A program made the translations under genes and the position numbers. A stretch of 35,613 bases of DNA from a virus. Shown one piece after another: positions 32,112 through 35,613 of the stretch (the first letter of the stretch is position 1; the number at the start of each line of letters is the position of its first letter). The notes under the pieces were generated by a model. The model ran no database searches and was not told the DNA's origin. It saw only the letters and a program-made list of their open reading frames with translations. The stretch covers positions 1 to 35,613 of IMG/VR virus record IMGVR_UViG_3300045988_137392; one strand, given 5' to 3'.

Positions 32112-33755
32112 ATGATGATAGATAAAATGCGGCAGGCGTTTCCGGAGGAAGAATTTCCCGGGGATAACGGCTTTTACAGCGGATATATGGACAGGTGGCA
32201 GGACATTTACGAGGGTCGCCCCAAATGGCGTGAGGTGAAGCGTGCGGGGCTGAACAGGGGCACTGTGCGGCAGATGAATATGCTGAACACGGCGAAGATT
32301 TTATGCGATGAATTTTCACACAAGTGCTTTGCGGAGCAGGTGGACATAACCTGCGGCTCGGAGGTTTATGACACATTCATTCGTGATTTTTTATGCCGTG
32401 AGGGGTTCTGGAAGAACATTCCCCGACTGCTTTCGGCGGCGTTTGCTCAGGGCGGCTGTGTGCTGAGGGAATATATCAGTAGCGGAAAAGTCAAGCTGTC
32501 ATATGTAGAGGGGCGGCAGTTCTACCCATTGAAATGGGACAACAGGGACATTACCGAGGGCATTTTCGGCACGGTATCAGCCAAGGGCAAATATTATTAC
32601 ACATTATTCGAGAAGCATTCCGTCAAGGGTGATAATATCCTTGTAGAGTGCTTTTTGTTTCGTTCTTCTGACCCCAATGCTCCGGGTGACAGAGTGCCGC
32701 TGTCGGAGCTTTATCCCGATATGGGAGACACGTTCACATACGCCATCGACACTCCCCTGTTTCAGTATTTCAAGCCTGATTTCCCTAACAATATTCCGCT
32801 GGAGCTGCCCCTCGGCATAAGCTGCTTTGCCAACTGCGAGGACACGCTCAAAGCCCTTGATGTGGCGTTTGACAGCTTTGCCCGTGAGTTTGTTCTCGGA
32901 AAGAAGAGAATAATCGTGCCAAGCTCCTGCATTCGTACTGTGGTCAATCCCGAAACGGGTAAGACAGAGCGGTATTTTGACGCTGATGACGAGGTTTATC
33001 AGGCACTGAAATGCGATGAGGACAAGGACCTGAAAATCACCGACAACACTGTGGAGCTGAGAATTTCAGAGCACGTTGACGGCATAAATGCGCTGCTGAA
33101 TATCCTTTGCTTTCAGGTGGGGCTTTCTCCCGGCTCGCTGTCATTCGACAAGGCGGGCGGAGTTAAGACCGCAACCGAGGTGGTTTCCGAGGAAAACAAG
33201 ACGGCTGTTACGATACGCTGTCAGAAAAATCTTCTTGTTGAATTTCTTGAAGAGATGTGCAGGGCTGTGCTCAGGCTTGCGATGATCACGGGTGAAGTTC
33301 CGAACGGTGATCTTGAGGTCACTGTGGCGTTTAAGGACAGCGTTGTTATTGATGACAACACGCTTATCGCAAACAACATCAGTCTTGTAACGGCGGGGCT
33401 AAAGTCAAAGATTTCCGCCATTATGGAGGTTATGAAGTGTGATGAAGAGGCGGCAAGGCGAGAGCTTGAACGGATAAATGCGGAGAGTGCTGTTCTTGGA
33501 GTTTCGGACGGTGAGGGCTTTGTAACTTCGGGCGGTGATAATGTTGATGATACGGCAGGCACTGACGACATCATTGACAGTGCCGAAGAAGCCGCAGGCA
33601 AGACCCTGAACGGTGCACAGACACAGAGCCTTATTGCTGTTATGGCGCAGTATCAGTCGGGTGCTCTGAGCCTGGGACAGGCTATAAACGTCATTTCCGT
33701 AGCTATCGGCGTTTCCAAGGAAGAGGCAAAGAAAATTCTTGAAGGTGCTGAATAA
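32112..33755 (+). CDS. Portal protein (SPP1 gp6-like)
   Basis: 547 aa, SD AGGGAG 9 nt upstream. Position and size fit a portal. Acidic C-terminal tail. Confidence 0.8.
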   Translation: MMIDKMRQAFPEEEFPGDNGFYSGYMDRWQDIYEGRPKWREVKRAGLNRGTVRQMNMLNTAKILCDEFSHKCFAEQVDITCGSEVYDTFIRDFLCREGFWKNIPRLLSAAFAQGGCVLREYISSGKVKLSYVEGRQFYPLKWDNRDITEGIFGTVSAKGKYYYTLFEKHSVKGDNILVECFLFRSSDPNAPGDRVPLSELYPDMGDTFTYAIDTPLFQYFKPDFPNNIPLELPLGISCFANCEDTLKALDVAFDSFAREFVLGKKRIIVPSSCIRTVVNPETGKTERYFDADDEVYQALKCDEDKDLKITDNTVELRISEHVDGINALLNILCFQVGLSPGSLSFDKAGGVKTATEVVSEENKTAVTIRCQKNLLVEFLEEMCRAVLRLAMITGEVPNGDLEVTVAFKDSVVIDDNTLIANNISLVTAGLKSKISAIMEVMKCDEEAARRELERINAESAVLGVSDGEGFVTSGGDNVDDTAGTDDIIDSAEEAAGKTLNGAQTQSLIAVMAQYQSGALSLGQAINVISVAIGVSKEEAKKILEGAE

Positions 33756-35613
33756 TGACAAGGGAACAGTATGACGAGCTTTCGGCGCCTCTGGTGCGGG
33801 TACTGTTGGACATGGAAGACGATATCCTGCGGGAAATTGCGGCGCAGCTTTCACGGGACGGAGATATTTCCGACACGTCAAAATGGCGGATAAGGCAGCT
33901 TGCAAGGGCAGGACGTTTCGACAAGCGGGCAGCGGCTATCATTGCGGGATATTCCGAGGTCGAGGACGGGCAGGCTATGGACGCTGTTCTGACGGCGGCT
34001 GAGACTGAGATAGGATATCTTGACAATGCGGTGCAGGCGGCGAATGCTGCGGGGCTGTCGGAATATTTCTCGGACATTCCTGCGGAAACCTCAGCCATGA
34101 ATGCGGCCAAGGCGTTTCAACGGCAGGCGGCGAGTGGCCTTAACCTTGTGAACACGGTCATGGGGTACAAGGCAGGTTCGGCGTATGTAAATGCGGTCAA
34201 TGCCATTTATCGTGACACTGCCGAGGGCAGGCAGGGCGCTCTTGACATTATGGGCAAGGGTGCGGCAAAGGCTGTATCGGGGCAGATGTCATTGCAGGAA
34301 GCGACACGCAAGACTATACGTGAGCTTGCTCAAAAGGGCATTCCCGCTTTCGTTGACAAGCGTGGGCGTGAATGGTCTCCCGAGGCGTATGTAATGATGG
34401 ATATGCGGTCAACTCTCGGAAATACGGCGAGGGCGGCGCAGAATGCACGTTGTGATGAATATAATATTCAGCTTATCGAGGTCTCTTCGCACATGGGCGC
34501 ACGCCCCTTATGCGCCCCGTATCAGGGCAGGATATTCAGCCGTGACGGTTCAAAGGGTGTGACTGTGGACGGAGCAGGCGGCAAGATATATTACACTCCC
34601 CTTTCGGAAACGAGCTACGGCCAGCCTGCGGGACTTTTCGGCATAAACTGCGGGCACGTTCAATATCCATTTGCAGAGGGCATCAATTTTCAGCGGTATT
34701 TTCCCTATCCCAAAGAGGAAAATAACAGGCGGTATATGCAGTTTCAGCAGCAGAGAGCTATGGAACGGGGCATCAGAGCCGCCAAGCGTGAATGTATGAT
34801 GTTACAGGAAACAGGCGACACTGAGGGCTTGCAGAAAGCTTCTTTACGGCTTCGCAATCAGAGGGAGAAATACAGGGCTTACTGCAAGGAGACGGGGCTT
34901 AAACAGCACAATGACCGCACTCAGGTTTATGGGTATGACAGGAGCAAGTCGAGCAAGACGGTTTGGGCGGAGAGGAAGGCGAAACTTGATTTCGAGCATT
35001 CTCAGAAATTCAAGCCACTGAGCTATGACGGACAAACGAGCATAAAAAGAGGCGGCACCGATATTACCCTTAACCACATCAGCACTTCCGTAAACAGCAT
35101 TTATTTGTCTCAAAGCAGTCAGATAAATGCCAAAGCTTTACACGGAATTGATACGAGCATTTCAAAATCAATGAAGAAAATTGGTATAAAATCTACGAAT
35201 AATTTACCACAGATATATGTCATTACACATGAGGAAATGGCGAAAAATGCTATTGCATCTTATAACCCCATAACCAATGTGCTGTGCATTGATGAGAAAT
35301 TCGGATATAAAAATATGCTCTCTGCCCTGCAAAAAGACGGTGCTTGCCCTGATAATGAGCTTAGCACCGTTGTTCACGAGCTTTTCCATTGGAAAGATGC
35401 TCAGGAATACATCAAGCATCACGGACCTATCACTCGGGATAATTACGATAATTATATACGTCATCTGAATATTAACAGAAAAAAGCTGCTTGACAAATGC
35501 GGCATTAACGAGTATAATGTAAGTGAAATAAGCAAATACGCTAAGGATAGCTACTACAAGCACAATTATGATGAAGTATATACAGAATATCAAGTGTTAA
35601 AAGCATTAAAGGA
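33755..35613 (+). CDS. Minor capsid protein 2 / head morphogenesis protein (SPP1 gp7-type role) with an added C-terminal HExxH domain; open at the window end, stops at 121-123 after the junction (620 aa in total)
   Basis: TAATG overlap with the portal gene. Absent from the ORF track because there is no stop inside the window. EVSSHMGARPLCAPYQGRIF and GLFGINCGHVQYPF are typical of Phage_min_cap2. HELFH is encoded at 35375-35389. Confidence 0.75.
   Translation, partial: MTREQYDELSAPLVRVLLDMEDDILREIAAQLSRDGDISDTSKWRIRQLARAGRFDKRAAAIIAGYSEVEDGQAMDAVLTAAETEIGYLDNAVQAANAAGLSEYFSDIPAETSAMNAAKAFQRQAASGLNLVNTVMGYKAGSAYVNAVNAIYRDTAEGRQGALDIMGKGAAKAVSGQMSLQEATRKTIRELAQKGIPAFVDKRGREWSPEAYVMMDMRSTLGNTARAAQNARCDEYNIQLIEVSSHMGARPLCAPYQGRIFSRDGSKGVTVDGAGGKIYYTPLSETSYGQPAGLFGINCGHVQYPFAEGINFQRYFPYPKEENNRRYMQFQQQRAMERGIRAAKRECMMLQETGDTEGLQKASLRLRNQREKYRAYCKETGLKQHNDRTQVYGYDRSKSSKTVWAERKAKLDFEHSQKFKPLSYDGQTSIKRGGTDITLNHISTSVNSIYLSQSSQINAKALHGIDTSISKSMKKIGIKSTNNLPQIYVITHEEMAKNAIASYNPITNVLCIDEKFGYKNMLSALQKDGACPDNELSTVVHELFHWKDAQEYIKHHGPITRDNYDNYIRHLNINRKKLLDKCGINEYNVSEISKYAKDSYYKHNYDEVYTEYQVLKALK
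35495..35613. repeat. Terminal direct repeat copy B (identical to 1-119)
   Basis: Same comparison as copy A. The length is typical of a de Bruijn k-mer overlap on a circular contig. Confidence 0.95.

Larger units (their letters stand above)
1..35613. mobile_element. Complete temperate tailed-phage (siphovirus-type) genome, circularly closed contig, unit length 35,494 bp
   Basis: All phage modules are present in canonical order: packaging, head, tail, lysis, integrase/repressor, early/replication, late regulator. Genes are tightly packed with ATGA/TAATG overlaps. An exact 119-bp terminal overlap closes the circle. Confidence 0.9.

Noticed and set aside
35204-35593. 129-aa hydrophobic minus-strand ORF at the window end
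   Set aside because: It is antisense to the continuous minor capsid reading frame. AT-rich DNA readily yields Ile/Phe/Leu-rich open frames, and no promoter or SD is visible.
1-35613. Searched by eye for tRNA genes, CRISPR arrays, a reverse transcriptase with template/variable repeats (DGR), transposase/IS ends, and in-frame stop-codon recoding
   Set aside because: No cloverleaf-like sequences, spaced direct repeat arrays or RT motifs (YxDD) were seen. The only long exact repeat is the 119-bp end overlap. All long genes close with standard stops and have no in-frame TAG or TGA interruptions.

Overview
The window is a complete, circularly closed genome of a temperate siphovirus-type phage. Unit length is 35,494 bp, because bases 1-119 are identical to 35495-35613. 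The host is probably Gram-positive (Bacillota/Clostridia-like); this is inferred from AGGAGG-type ribosome-binding sites, a large serine integrase, an ImmR/ImmA switch and an amidase-SPOR endolysin. Plus-strand modules are: the late regulator, terS and terL (28.7-30.9 kb); a two-gene insertion; portal and a minor capsid protein that runs across the contig junction; small AT-rich genes (0.1-1.3 kb); scaffold, capsid, connectors, major tail, chaperones, tape measure, tail tip, holin and endolysin (1.5-14.5 kb). The lysogeny block on the minus strand (14.6-18.8 kb) holds integrase, an unknown gene, ImmA and a double-HTH repressor. Early genes (19-28.7 kb) encode cro, an antirepressor, a Sak4-like ATPase, DUF669, an ERCC4 nuclease, a primase-helicase, ASCH and YopX. 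The best candidate for something undescribed is at 16.1-17.5 kb, between immA and int. A 275-aa protein there carries, in order, motifs that by eye match a class III nucleotidyl-cyclase/palm domain, and no effector gene lies beside it. It overlaps a convergent 93-aa ORF. Two consensus plus-strand promoters and two plus-strand terminators around it predict a small RNA and a full-length antisense transcript. Other points to follow up: a CUU-UAG-C site that could give a +1 frameshift joining two tail genes; a consensus promoter followed at once by a strong terminator in front of terS; an AT-rich HExxH C-terminal domain on the minor capsid protein, followed by tiny genes; a DUF4417-like pair between terL and portal; and a 48-aa basic protein gene on the opposite strand with a perfect promoter. 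All domain calls come from reading the translations, not from searches.
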